64,000 nucleotides of DNA from a virus. Shown in pieces: positions 10,186 through 19,588 of the stretch; within the stretch, counting starts at the first letter, position 1; every line of letters starts with the position of its first letter. Under the pieces are notes generated by a model that worked only from the letters and a program-made list of their open reading frames with translations, had not been told where the DNA came from and did not search any database. The stretch is taken from IMG/VR virus record IMGVR_UViG_3300045988_126932, positions 23,140 to 87,139 of that record; one strand, written 5' to 3'. Made by a program: the position numbers and the translations under genes.

Positions 10186-11739
10186 CTACGCTCCGTTTTT
10201 CTCTCGTTTTATGACATATCCTATTTCGTCCCAAGTATTTAAATCCAAATTGATTTCAAAAATTGGAATAACATTCTTGTTACCGCCTCGGTTTTTATCA
10301 ACCTTAATACAGAAATATGTCTTGTCCTTTTTTAGATCGTGTGCCTGTGGCTCTCCCCAATCACTAATTGATATATACTGATATTTGTAATATTCGTCAG
10401 GATGTAATCTTTTACCAAGCATTAAGATGTCAGCAACGTGCTTAATCTGTTTTGCATTGGCAATATTATTACTACTTAGCTGGAATATATCTGTATACAC
10501 CGTATCATCAGTTAACTGGAATACAGAAAAGCAAAACATATGGATCTCTTTCATAAGTTCTTTAATTTTTGTGGCTGTCTGTTTCACTGTTTGCCAATCA
10601 TCAATACGATAACCTTTTAATGTGTCATAACCACAATATTTCACATCATATAACATACGATGTTTTCTAAATTCAAACTCTAATGCCGAATCTGAGTAAT
10701 CAGAGCCAACATCTTTGAAATATAATTTTCCTTGACGTTTCTGATCTACCCATTTTGCAACTTGCATAACTTTCTGAAACTCATCTGACGTAGTGGCTAC
10801 TCTATGTTTGTATTCCTCTTCTGTTTCAATAAAGTCTCCATTTTCATTTGTTTTTCTTTCAATCACATTGCCATTGTTATCTCTGTAAATACCAAGAACT
10901 ATTTCTTCTTCTGGCTTTTCAATATCAATCCCATGAAGCTCTTTGAAGCATTTGTTGTTGATTACTGTAACGACTAAACAATTTCGTAAATCGTCTTCAT
11001 CCATCTCATTACTGAGTAATAAAAATTTCTCGTCCATTGCCAATACGATATATGCAATCAACAACATCATATTTCTTGATTTTCCTTCATTACTTAAGAA
11101 TCCATTAAAAATTACCTTTCCAAGGCGACATCCTCTAAACATCTTATTGAGAATCGCCCAAGGTAACGGAATCCCTAAATCTGGTTTTGATAAAAATGAT
11201 TCAACCTGTGATTCAACACCACTATTCAATAAGACAGAATCTTCGCCTGCGCTAATCACAGTGTTAATTTTGTCTGCCTGAGATCGAATCACTCTATAAA
11301 TATCTTTTGCTTCCCATTTTTCAAATAACCTATGGTTTAAAATTCGTTGAACAGGATATCCATTTCTGTCATATTCTCTTACAAGAGAGTATTTCTTAAC
11401 GAGATTATAATATTTTTTAAAATCATCACAATCTGCAACCTGCATCCATGATGAAATTGTCTTCCACCCTTTGTATCTTTTGTATGTCCTAAGTCTTTCA
11501 TCTGATTGACTCATGAACATATTTACCTTGTCTTCCTCAATCGTCTGAGTAAATGTTTTGTACATAATCTCAAACATATCATAGAAGAATTTACATGCCT
11601 CATCACTGAAATCATACTGGCTTCTCATATATCCACCATAAGAAACATATAAATCTGGTTGTTTATACAAAGCACCGATAAACATCATTTCACTCTGAAT
11701 GTTAGTTACACTTTTACGTTCTACTGTTTCTTCTGTCAA
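10186..11739 (-). CDS. DnaB-like replicative helicase
   Basis: The N-terminal IQSEMMFIGAL resembles the DnaB N-terminus. There is a Walker A-like SNEGKSRNMMLL in a RecA-like C-terminal domain. Confidence 0.55.
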   Translation of the reverse strand: MTEETVERKSVTNIQSEMMFIGALYKQPDLYVSYGGYMRSQYDFSDEACKFFYDMFEIMYKTFTQTIEEDKVNMFMSQSDERLRTYKRYKGWKTISSWMQVADCDDFKKYYNLVKKYSLVREYDRNGYPVQRILNHRLFEKWEAKDIYRVIRSQADKINTVISAGEDSVLLNSGVESQVESFLSKPDLGIPLPWAILNKMFRGCRLGKVIFNGFLSNEGKSRNMMLLIAYIVLAMDEKFLLLSNEMDEDDLRNCLVVTVINNKCFKELHGIDIEKPEEEIVLGIYRDNNGNVIERKTNENGDFIETEEEYKHRVATTSDEFQKVMQVAKWVDQKRQGKLYFKDVGSDYSDSALEFEFRKHRMLYDVKYCGYDTLKGYRIDDWQTVKQTATKIKELMKEIHMFCFSVFQLTDDTVYTDIFQLSSNNIANAKQIKHVADILMLGKRLHPDEYYKYQYISISDWGEPQAHDLKKDKTYFCIKVDKNRGGNKNVIPIFEINLDLNTWDEIGYVIKREKNGA

Positions 11740-12431
11740 TCAAGTCCCTCACCAAAAATATCACTTAAAATATCATCCATGTTATCGTCTTGTGTGGCTG
11801 TTACTACAGTTTTTTGAGTTGTGATATTATTTGTTTCAACAAAAGATTTTGCAAATTTTTCATTATTCTTTTTGTCTACTTCATTTAATTTCTGTTTCTC
11901 TTTCCATCGTAAATAACTATCATACTTTCCTACTAAAACTGCCAAATCATAATTAACCTGGTGCGTTGGATTATCTTCATCCATCGTTCCTTTTTGTATC
12001 AAAAATGTTCGATTTTTCTTAAGATATTTCATTTGACGCTTCCACATATCTAAAAGATCACTTGGTGGAATTGGTTTCGCCAGACCACGATATGTACCTT
12101 TATAAATACTTTTCAATTTTGTAAAAACATATGCTGGTACAGAACCAATGTAGTTATAATTATCAAGAATAAACCGATATACTTTGTCTTCTAACAATCT
12201 TGGTTCAAGTAACACTCGTGCTTTCTGATTATATTCATCAATCTTAGACAATGCAGATAACCATTTGTCATGTTTAGTATTTTTGGATAATAATTTTGCT
12301 TCACACATTTTGCGGAAACATTCTTTGTGATAATAACTATTGTCATATTTAACAATCTCTTGCACTTTATCTAAATCAAGTTCAATTACTTCTTTACAAT
12401 AAGCGCATTTTACTGTTAAAACATCTGCCAT
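11736..12431 (-). CDS. zinc-finger protein, unknown function
   Basis: An N-terminal CxxC...HxxC motif (CAYCKEV...YHKECF) is present. The stop overlaps the next gene start. Confidence 0.4.
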   Translation of the reverse strand: MADVLTVKCAYCKEVIELDLDKVQEIVKYDNSYYHKECFRKMCEAKLLSKNTKHDKWLSALSKIDEYNQKARVLLEPRLLEDKVYRFILDNYNYIGSVPAYVFTKLKSIYKGTYRGLAKPIPPSDLLDMWKRQMKYLKKNRTFLIQKGTMDEDNPTHQVNYDLAVLVGKYDSYLRWKEKQKLNEVDKKNNEKFAKSFVETNNITTQKTVVTATQDDNMDDILSDIFGEGLD

Positions 12432-12510
12432 GCTACAGTTACTCCTCGTCCAATATCAAAGGATTAGGTAGCCAAAATGGCTACCACATAAACCCTTTTG
12501 TAATTTCACC

Positions 12511-13725
12511 TTATCCTTCCTGATCTTCTTTGATTTTTTTCACTAAGATTTCTTCAATCTTCTTTAGCTGATCAAGATCATTAAGACGACTAAAGGCGGT
12601 AGGTAATCCTTCTTTGGCGAGCTTATCTTTCATTTCCTGTCGTTTTGGAGGAGCTAATTTTTTGATTCTGTCAGAAATTCGTTTTTTTACATCCTGAACA
12701 GAATCTTTTTTACTAGATGATTCACTGGATGACACACCAGATTCTTCTTTTTCTGCTTCCTCTTCGGAAACTGGCTTACCTGCTTCTCCAAGAATTTCTC
12801 TCTTATAGATTTTCTGTTCAACATCTACTGCTTTTGTAAGAGCATTACCAAGTGTAAACTCTTTGTTTCCAACAGAATTATCAATAACTTTCTGCCAAGC
12901 TAACATCTGTGGATCTTCTACAATCTCGTTCTTTTTATATGTATGTGTTCTATCTTTCACTATCTGAGCACAAACCATGTCAGTTTCACTATCAACGAAT
13001 GTACGAATTACTGTTTTTGCGTTATAATCCATACCTTTAAATCCGTCAATAATCTTACGACCTGTCGTAACAGTTTCTCTTTTACCATCAATCATCTTAG
13101 ATTCTGTTTCATCTTTTTCTCTTGCTGTTACAACACAATGTGCTCCAGAAGCTAATAAATCAAGAATTAAATCCTGACCTTTAAAGTTTACAGTCTGGTA
13201 ATCTTTTAATTCCATACCTGCACCTTCAATCTTGACAAGTCTGGCTTCACCTGTCATATTTGCAGCATCCGCTTTTACACGATTTCTTTTCTTAGAGAAC
13301 TCAATTAATCCCTGTTTTGTAGTCAGATTTAAGATTGTTGATCCATCTACAACAATTGCGTCAGCTCTAAATGGAAGACCATCTGCGTCTAAAACTACAT
13401 CATCAGTTTCTTCTCCATCGTCATCAAGCTCGTAGAAGTCACCGTTTGTTTTAACTGTATCAATATAATGTCTTACTTCTCCTAAACTCTGAGTGTAAAC
13501 AATGTAAATGTTTTCGAGATTTACACCATTTTCCTCTAATTCTGGTAAATAATCATCAATACTTCCTGATTCAGAGTCTAAATATAAGACTCTGAAAGGT
13601 TTCCCATCTGGGCGTTTAAAATACGCTAACTGCATTGCCAGTGTACTTTTACCAGTAAAAGGTTCTCCATAAATAATAGTCATCAATTTACTCTGTGTTT
13701 TTGCTGCTTTTCTTGCTTTTGCCAA
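12511..13725 (-). CDS. Sak4-like / RecA-family recombination ATPase
   Basis: The Walker A motif GEPFTGKST is present. The protein is about 400 aa with an acidic, Ser-rich C-terminal region, which is typical of phage Sak4-like proteins. Confidence 0.55.
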   Translation of the reverse strand: MAKARKAAKTQSKLMTIIYGEPFTGKSTLAMQLAYFKRPDGKPFRVLYLDSESGSIDDYLPELEENGVNLENIYIVYTQSLGEVRHYIDTVKTNGDFYELDDDGEETDDVVLDADGLPFRADAIVVDGSTILNLTTKQGLIEFSKKRNRVKADAANMTGEARLVKIEGAGMELKDYQTVNFKGQDLILDLLASGAHCVVTAREKDETESKMIDGKRETVTTGRKIIDGFKGMDYNAKTVIRTFVDSETDMVCAQIVKDRTHTYKKNEIVEDPQMLAWQKVIDNSVGNKEFTLGNALTKAVDVEQKIYKREILGEAGKPVSEEEAEKEESGVSSSESSSKKDSVQDVKKRISDRIKKLAPPKRQEMKDKLAKEGLPTAFSRLNDLDQLKKIEEILVKKIKEDQEG

Positions 13726-13789
13726 ATGTAAAACTCCTTTATGTATATATTGTTTTGTTATTTATTTGTGAAATGATTTAGAATTGTTC

Positions 13790-14911
13790 TTACCAAACAT
13801 CGCCTTCAGTATCATCTGAAGAATCATCAAAACCAGATCCCCATTCATCATCTGTAGAAGAGCTACTTGCCTGTTCGTCATCAGACTCACCGAAATCACT
13901 TCTTGCTGCTTCTGCCTTTTTAATAGCTTCAATCGCTGCATCAATTGCTTCTCTGGTGTATGTTTCTGCATCAATACTATCTTTGCTTGCGCCAGTGATA
14001 ATAAGTTCTTTTCTTGCAGAATCTACGACTCTCTTTGTAGGATCTGCTTCTCCCCATCCATCATCTTCTACTTCAACTTCTTCTGTCTGAATTTCTGTCT
14101 TAATATGTCCCCAAACTTCAATAGATGAATATGACTTAACATTCTTCTTAAAAGTTTTTGCTAATTTCTTATTTGTCATATAGAATTCAGCATCATCAAC
14201 AGATGAATAACCAATAATCTTTCCATAAACGATAAAACGTCCTGTTGGCACATCATCTTCTTTTTCCTGTTCAATATTTGTAAAAACCATTGTCTGTTTA
14301 AAATCAGATCTTACTTTATGCTCCTCATCATCAAGATCAATTTCTTTACTTGTTAAACTAATCTGTGTTGGAGACATTCTTGACCACTGGCGTTTAGTTC
14401 CGTTTTCCCCAGTAAAACTTCCATATTCAATATCTCCTTTAATGAATACACTCTGGTTATCTGCCATGTGTTCTGAAGCATATTTTGTTAAATCAAATGG
14501 ATCTAATACCAGTTTTTTGTTAACGACCTGTCCTTTATCATTAGTCTCTTTCTCAAGACCAACCCTTGAACCAATTAATGACCAATCATCTCCAAGCCCA
14601 AGCTCCTTAACAGATTTAAAACGGTCAGCCCAAGGAATATCCTTAGTTTTGTATGTAGTTTTTTTACCGTTCTTTTCTCTTTTAAGGAAATAAACTTTTG
14701 GTTTTTCAAATGCCTGGATTTTACATCTAACTTTTACGTCAGGTTCTACCTTAACTCCGAAAGATAACGTTCGTTTATCTTTGCCTTTCTGCGTTTTACC
14801 TTCCTTATAAAAGTCGTCTTTTGCACAATCAGTGATTAATCCTTCTAACTGAAATGTACCTTTAGTTTCTGGTAAGTTGAAAAGTCTTTTAGATTTTGTG
14901 TTTTCTGCCAA
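13790..14911 (-). CDS. putative ssDNA-binding protein with acidic C-terminal tail
   Basis: The C-terminus is very acidic (SDDEQASSSSTDDEWGSGFDDSSDDTEGDVW) and the protein sits inside the replication module. No confident OB-fold motif was identified. Confidence 0.35.
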   Translation of the reverse strand: MAENTKSKRLFNLPETKGTFQLEGLITDCAKDDFYKEGKTQKGKDKRTLSFGVKVEPDVKVRCKIQAFEKPKVYFLKREKNGKKTTYKTKDIPWADRFKSVKELGLGDDWSLIGSRVGLEKETNDKGQVVNKKLVLDPFDLTKYASEHMADNQSVFIKGDIEYGSFTGENGTKRQWSRMSPTQISLTSKEIDLDDEEHKVRSDFKQTMVFTNIEQEKEDDVPTGRFIVYGKIIGYSSVDDAEFYMTNKKLAKTFKKNVKSYSSIEVWGHIKTEIQTEEVEVEDDGWGEADPTKRVVDSARKELIITGASKDSIDAETYTREAIDAAIEAIKKAEAARSDFGESDDEQASSSSTDDEWGSGFDDSSDDTEGDVW

Positions 14912-14974
14912 ATAAATTTACCTCTTTCTGTTATTAAATTTGTTTAGTTAGTTTTTAGTTTGTAAATAAGTCAT

Positions 14975-15010
14975 CAATTTATATCCACTGTCAACTCTGC
15001 CAAAGTCAAC
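14975..15010 (-). promoter_or_regulatory. candidate sigma-A-type promoter upstream of the SSB-like gene (GTTGAC N9 GTTGAC direct repeat, TTGACT/TTGACA -35, TG-extended GATATAAAT -10)
   Basis: Minus-strand sequence CCTGTTGACTTTGGCAGAGTTGACAGTGGATATAAATTGATG lies in a 209-bp intergenic region. Confidence 0.35.
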
Positions 15011-15120
15011 AGGAACAAAAAATAATTTTATCTGATCGGCTTATATTGTTATAATCGTTCTATTACGTTTATAACAAACGCGTCAAAAAAATAATAAAAG
15101 TTGTTTGCGTTATTCAACTT

Positions 15121-15663
15121 TTATAATCTGGAAAATGTTGTTGATCGCATTTTTTTAATCTTTTGTTGTATCGCTTGAAATGATGTACCAAACATTTTTG
15201 CAATTTCTTGATATGTATAACCTTTTGATTTTAAATCAACAATCATTCTGTCCTTATTATTTAGTGTGTAACATTTATCTTGAAAATTCAACTTGAAAAT
15301 AATATTTTTTTCAAAATTTTCTTCATCCTTTAAAAGAAATGAATTTTCATTTTTGTCTTCATCCCAATCATCTAACATATGATTATATGAAATAGTATTC
15401 ATATCACCTTTTCTTCTCTGCCGAAATCTATATTTATTATATACCATTATCTCATTTTGTATACATAAATATGCATATGTCGAAAATGATTTAGATCGTG
15501 TTTCATCATAATCAATTGCTGCCTTACACAACCCAATAGCAGCGAATCCATAATAGTCATCAAAATCTTGTCTGCGGATACCAAATTTCCGCATAGCAGA
15601 GTAAATCAAATTATGATTTTGTTCTACTAATTTTCTTTGTTCGTCATTTAATTTCAACGACAT
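15121..15663 (-). CDS. sigma-70 family RNA polymerase sigma factor (phage-encoded)
   Basis: A region-2-like segment (NHNLIYSAMRKF...FAAIGLCKAAIDYD) is followed by a C-terminal region-4 HTH (GYTYQEIAKMFGTSFQAIQQKIKKM). It is paralogous to the ORF at 22035..22568. Confidence 0.65.
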   Translation of the reverse strand: MSLKLNDEQRKLVEQNHNLIYSAMRKFGIRRQDFDDYYGFAAIGLCKAAIDYDETRSKSFSTYAYLCIQNEIMVYNKYRFRQRRKGDMNTISYNHMLDDWDEDKNENSFLLKDEENFEKNIIFKLNFQDKCYTLNNKDRMIVDLKSKGYTYQEIAKMFGTSFQAIQQKIKKMRSTTFSRL

Positions 15664-15693
15664 TTACTCCTTTATTTACTTGTTTTTATGTAA

Positions 15694-15930
15694 TTATCCC
15701 TTGCAAAAAGGCACCCATTGTTTAGGCGGAAATTCGTTCAATCTCCAATAACCAGGATGACTATAGGTAATAGAACATATTTGCCTAGTCCCGCCATCTA
15801 GTAATTCTAAAAACGGACATGTGATATTACAACCACAACTATCTTCGTTAATAGTACAAATATCTTGAATTGTTTTTAGTGCAGCAGCCACTGCTTCTTC
15901 TGTGTACTCTCCATAATTTTTCTCAAACAT
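15694..15930 (-). CDS. small Cys-rich protein (possible zinc-binding regulator)
   Basis: Cysteine motifs DSCGCNITCPF and C...C are present. The start is reassigned to an internal ATG that follows an AGGAGGTG RBS. It is paralogous to the next gene. Confidence 0.45.
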   Translation of the reverse strand: MFEKNYGEYTEEAVAAALKTIQDICTINEDSCGCNITCPFLELLDGGTRQICSITYSHPGYWRLNEFPPKQWVPFCKG

Positions 15931-15941
15931 ATAAACACCTC

Positions 15942-16166
15942 CTACTTTCCAAATGCTCGCCATACAGTATCTGGATCATCATCAATCTCCCAAATACAAG
16001 GATCAGAATCTCTAATCGTGCAACTTGGCGCCCTCCCTGTCATTGTACATAATGGGCATTTTTCGCAATCTTCATCATTGCCATGAAGATAATACTCACA
16101 TGTATCCTGAATTACATGCAATGCATTTAAAATTTCTTCAGATGTATGTAATTTACTTTTTTCCAT
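15942..16166 (-). CDS. small Cys-rich protein, paralog of 15694..15930
   Basis: The motif ALHVIQDTCEYY...DEDCEKCPLC matches the paralog. The start is set at an ATG after AAGGAGAAA. Confidence 0.45.
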   Translation of the reverse strand: MEKSKLHTSEEILNALHVIQDTCEYYLHGNDEDCEKCPLCTMTGRAPSCTIRDSDPCIWEIDDDPDTVWRAFGK

Positions 16167-16632
16167 TATATTTCTCCTTAATTGTATCAATTGCAAACTG
16201 CAACGCCTCATCTTGAATTGTTGTATAATCATTTACGGAAATCATATCATTTAATACATGGATGTACTGTGCCGCATTGATTTTAGTAGATAGTAGCTTT
16301 TCGGAATCTCGATTCTCTATGTCGTTCACAGTCAATGTATCGCACGCATTAATACACGAATTCACCAATTCGTTCCATAGCGAAAAAACAAAATATCTCG
16401 CTGCAATCGGCTGACATTTCAGTTCATCAACTAGTGGTTTAGTCAATTGAAACGCATCAAGTAAACTACATATATTATAATATTTTCGAAGTATATGATC
16501 TTGCTTATTTGATCCAACCTCATCCATTGGAACTACTAAACTATCTCTTAATTCTTCTAACTGCCCGTATGTAAATACTTTATTATTTTCTTTTTTCACT
16601 CTGTCTTTCCCATTCCTTTCTCCAATAATCAT
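16153..16632 (-). CDS. hypothetical protein
   Basis: This ORF tiles the minus strand. The track start at 16650 is a TTG; the first ATG is at 16632. Confidence 0.4.
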   Translation of the reverse strand: MIIGERNGKDRVKKENNKVFTYGQLEELRDSLVVPMDEVGSNKQDHILRKYYNICSLLDAFQLTKPLVDELKCQPIAARYFVFSLWNELVNSCINACDTLTVNDIENRDSEKLLSTKINAAQYIHVLNDMISVNDYTTIQDEALQFAIDTIKEKYNGKK

Positions 16633-17224
16633 CTTCTTTGATATTGCCAAGTTTCACATATTGATCTGGTTTAATTTCTCCTAAATCAATCATATCAGAA
16701 CCATAAACAGATAACATCTGCCACGCCAAATCTTCATCATTATAAATGATCAAATATACGTCTTCGTCATCATCAACCAATTGTACAACATCATATTCGA
16801 ATTCATTTTCTCTGCCAGTTGACTGACAAATAGTATCTTCTTTTACTTGACACCCATACATAGCACTATGGTCTGCTGGTTCACATCTTGGGAATAATAA
16901 CCATCCTTTACCGATGTATGTCCCAGTAATCCACTTATTAGTATCATAATTCTGTGCCTTGCAGTACATACCACAATTTTGATAGGTTTGATTCATTGCT
17001 AAATTCCCCTTTCGCTCTTTTGTAATCCGATATACTCTGTCCATAGCTTCCATATTATGATCATGTACCTCTGGAATAAAAATTTCCTTTCCACAAATCT
17101 TACAAATACCATATGTCTCTGCAAACGAAATTCTTTCACCTATCATTGGAACAATTGTAAACCTTGTTTCAAGTTCATAATCAACCAGCTTTCGACAATA
17201 TGCGCACAAAAGTTTCTTCTCCAT
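16583..17224 (-). CDS. hypothetical protein with N-terminal zinc ribbon
   Basis: A CAYCRKL...CKICGKEIF motif is present and the C-terminal half is acidic. Confidence 0.4.
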   Translation of the reverse strand: MEKKLLCAYCRKLVDYELETRFTIVPMIGERISFAETYGICKICGKEIFIPEVHDHNMEAMDRVYRITKERKGNLAMNQTYQNCGMYCKAQNYDTNKWITGTYIGKGWLLFPRCEPADHSAMYGCQVKEDTICQSTGRENEFEYDVVQLVDDDEDVYLIIYNDEDLAWQMLSVYGSDMIDLGEIKPDQYVKLGNIKEDDYWRKEWERQSEKRK

Positions 17225-17229
17225 CTACA

Positions 17230-17637
17230 TTACTCTCCTAACTCAATACCGCAAATTTCTTTTGCCAGTTCTCGTACTGCAACACGACTTACCCAATCTG
17301 TCTGCCAACCATTTATATGTGGTGATGACCAATCTGTGAGATCATTGTCATACATAAATTTCAGCAAATCTTCTAAGGTATGAATGTCTTTTTTAACCTC
17401 ATTTACCTTGCCATAAAACTCTCGTTTTAGAACCGCTTTTATTTCTGATTCAGTGCGATATATCTCTTCTAAAAGAACCATATATAAACCATGCGTTATA
17501 CTGTCTTGTATCATTATATATATTAGATCGCCAAGACATTTAATCTCCGTAATGATTCCAGACTTAACAGTATATGGTTCATCGTACCAAGCAAAATACA
17601 CTTCGTCTCCAACTTTGAAATCGCCCATCTTTATCAC
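17230..17637 (-). CDS. hypothetical protein
   Basis: 135-aa ORF in the minus-strand array. Confidence 0.4.
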   Translation of the reverse strand: MIKMGDFKVGDEVYFAWYDEPYTVKSGIITEIKCLGDLIYIMIQDSITHGLYMVLLEEIYRTESEIKAVLKREFYGKVNEVKKDIHTLEDLLKFMYDNDLTDWSSPHINGWQTDWVSRVAVRELAKEICGIELGE

Positions 17638-17643
17638 CTCTTT

Positions 17644-17847
17644 CTAACACCAAGCCCATAGAATTAGCTCAATTAAGAATACTACATGTAACATAATCCA
17701 GAAAAGAAATACCGCATGGACAGGTGAATCCCAATTGTCCGAGTCATCACGACCAGTAATTATGAACCAAACCCAAGCAACTACATACAACAATACGCAC
17801 ACAGCAATTGAAAATATTCTGATTGTTAATTTAACATTATCTATCAT
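17644..17847 (-). CDS. small membrane protein (2 TM helices)
   Basis: Two hydrophobic segments are present: IAVCVLLYVVAWVWFII and VFLFWIMLHVVFLIELILWAW. Confidence 0.35.
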   Translation of the reverse strand: MIDNVKLTIRIFSIAVCVLLYVVAWVWFIITGRDDSDNWDSPVHAVFLFWIMLHVVFLIELILWAWC

Positions 17848-17856
17848 TGCATCTTA

Positions 17857-18396
17857 CTATTCATTGACTTCAACTAGCTCTAATTTGTCTTTATTTTTAA
17901 CAAAATCCAACATGACTTCTTCTTGTATATCTTCATATAATTTGTCATAGTATGTTTTCTTTAATTTAAAAAATGCTACTTTCAAATCTTCACAATAAAA
18001 CCTACCTCTTTGCCCATTTTTAATTTGCCGATAAGGATTTTCAGGGTGCTCATACACAACAGAAATTGTTCCATCTCCATCATATGTAGTCTCCATCGAA
18101 ATACTACCATTCTTAAGAGCATGATACATAACCTGATTATCTTCAATAAAACCATATGTATGCCAATCATAATCATCAGGAATAACAGGTGGTTCAATAA
18201 CATCAAAATATTTTTCTAATTCATCTCCTGACATCACGCCAAGATGTACTCCATTCGCACCAAATCTAAAATTGATAACATTTTCATCTGTATCAATCTT
18301 AACAATCTCGCATACCTCGCCAAGATTATCGAAGCATCCCATTGGTTTCTTTAATTTAATCTTATGATATGTTGTTAATTCATTAATATTAATCAT
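17857..18396 (-). CDS. hypothetical protein
   Basis: 179-aa ORF. The ATGA overlaps the downstream gene. Confidence 0.4.
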   Translation of the reverse strand: MININELTTYHKIKLKKPMGCFDNLGEVCEIVKIDTDENVINFRFGANGVHLGVMSGDELEKYFDVIEPPVIPDDYDWHTYGFIEDNQVMYHALKNGSISMETTYDGDGTISVVYEHPENPYRQIKNGQRGRFYCEDLKVAFFKLKKTYYDKLYEDIQEEVMLDFVKNKDKLELVEVNE

Positions 18397-19496
18397 GCTG
18401 CCACCTTACCTTTCTTGCTAAAATGTTCATTCCATGCATCGACCGCTTCTTGCTGATCGGCAGTTAGAGGATCATTGAATCTTTGCAGCGCTTGTACGAT
18501 TCGTCCATTTTGTATTTCAATCGTCACTAACGATTTTTCTGGTTCTTTTACTCTTCTCAAGAACATAATATGGCATTCGCCATCAATGACTCGATCTATG
18601 TAACTTGCCACACAATTATTTTGCTGCACCGCTTCGTCTTTAATGTCTTGAGTGGAATCTGGATAAAAAAATCTCAGTCCTTTATATGTAAATTCGTATT
18701 CTTTATTAATACGGTTCTTAAAGACTTCTTCCGAAAATTCTTTTTGCAATCTTTTGTAATTTCTTGTGACAATATCCATTGTTGTTTTGAAATGTCTTGG
18801 ATATCTATCAAATTTATGACTGATTGCGTCCATCATACGGGCATAATCACGCAATTCTCCGAGTAACCAATTTATACTATTGGTAGCAGCTTCAAATGTA
18901 ATTATTCTATCTATATAAACAAACACATCTGCAAGATTATAGCCATAATCCTGATTTAAAGCCTCCAAAATTTTCGTAAAACGATATCTATGATTATCCT
19001 CGAAGAAATTTATTAAATATTCTTTAGTTAATGTCATATACTCTGTCTGTAAAATCGTTTGTACATAATCTGGATACATCTTATAAAAATCAACAAAATC
19101 ATTACTTAACAATCGTCTATTCTTCACACCAAGACAATAATTCCTCAACCATTTTGGTACTTCATTAATTGAATATTTAAAATCTTCTGTGACTTGTTTG
19201 TGTGTAAATCCTATGGCAAAGAACTGCTCACATACCGAATATTTACTTGCATATTTAAACAATGTTCCTAAATTATAATCAATGAAGCCCCATGTAGTTC
19301 TTCCCATTTCACAATTTTTTCGCCAATTTACATATTTTAAAAACTCCGCATAATGTGGATCGGACACAAATAATTTATCCAATTCATCAGCTGAATGTCC
19401 AGACAGAATATTATTTAAAGCTTTCACTTTCTTACCACTTTTGCCATAACAATCACCATTTGATAAATCATATTTGCAAGTTTTACCATCATCCAA
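18393..19496 (-). CDS. hypothetical protein (367 aa)
   Basis: Long ORF. The called start is a TTG with no nearby SD. The SD AAAGGAG sits 7 nt before an in-frame ATT, 33 nt upstream, so the true start is uncertain. Confidence 0.4.
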   Translation of the reverse strand: MDDGKTCKYDLSNGDCYGKSGKKVKALNNILSGHSADELDKLFVSDPHYAEFLKYVNWRKNCEMGRTTWGFIDYNLGTLFKYASKYSVCEQFFAIGFTHKQVTEDFKYSINEVPKWLRNYCLGVKNRRLLSNDFVDFYKMYPDYVQTILQTEYMTLTKEYLINFFEDNHRYRFTKILEALNQDYGYNLADVFVYIDRIITFEAATNSINWLLGELRDYARMMDAISHKFDRYPRHFKTTMDIVTRNYKRLQKEFSEEVFKNRINKEYEFTYKGLRFFYPDSTQDIKDEAVQQNNCVASYIDRVIDGECHIMFLRRVKEPEKSLVTIEIQNGRIVQALQRFNDPLTADQQEAVDAWNEHFSKKGKVAA

Positions 19497-19588
19497 ATGG
19501 AAAATAATAAACTTACCTTGTTTTTCTGCTGTGATAATGTTTCAACTCCTTTCATTTTGCCTCAAATTCCTATTTTATATCATTGCAT

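Noticed and set aside
12455-12473. A perfect hairpin GGTAGCC-AAAAT-GGCTACC between the Sak4-like and zinc-finger genes.
   Set aside because: It is not followed by a convincing U-run on the coding (minus) strand (TAATCCTTTGATATT), so it is not called a terminator. It could be an attenuator or RNA-processing site.
15061-15120. An AACGCGTC...GTTTGCGTT segment downstream of the sigma gene that looked like a terminator stem.
   Set aside because: The arms are not reverse complements of each other, and ACGCGT is just a short self-palindrome. There is no stable hairpin plus T-run.
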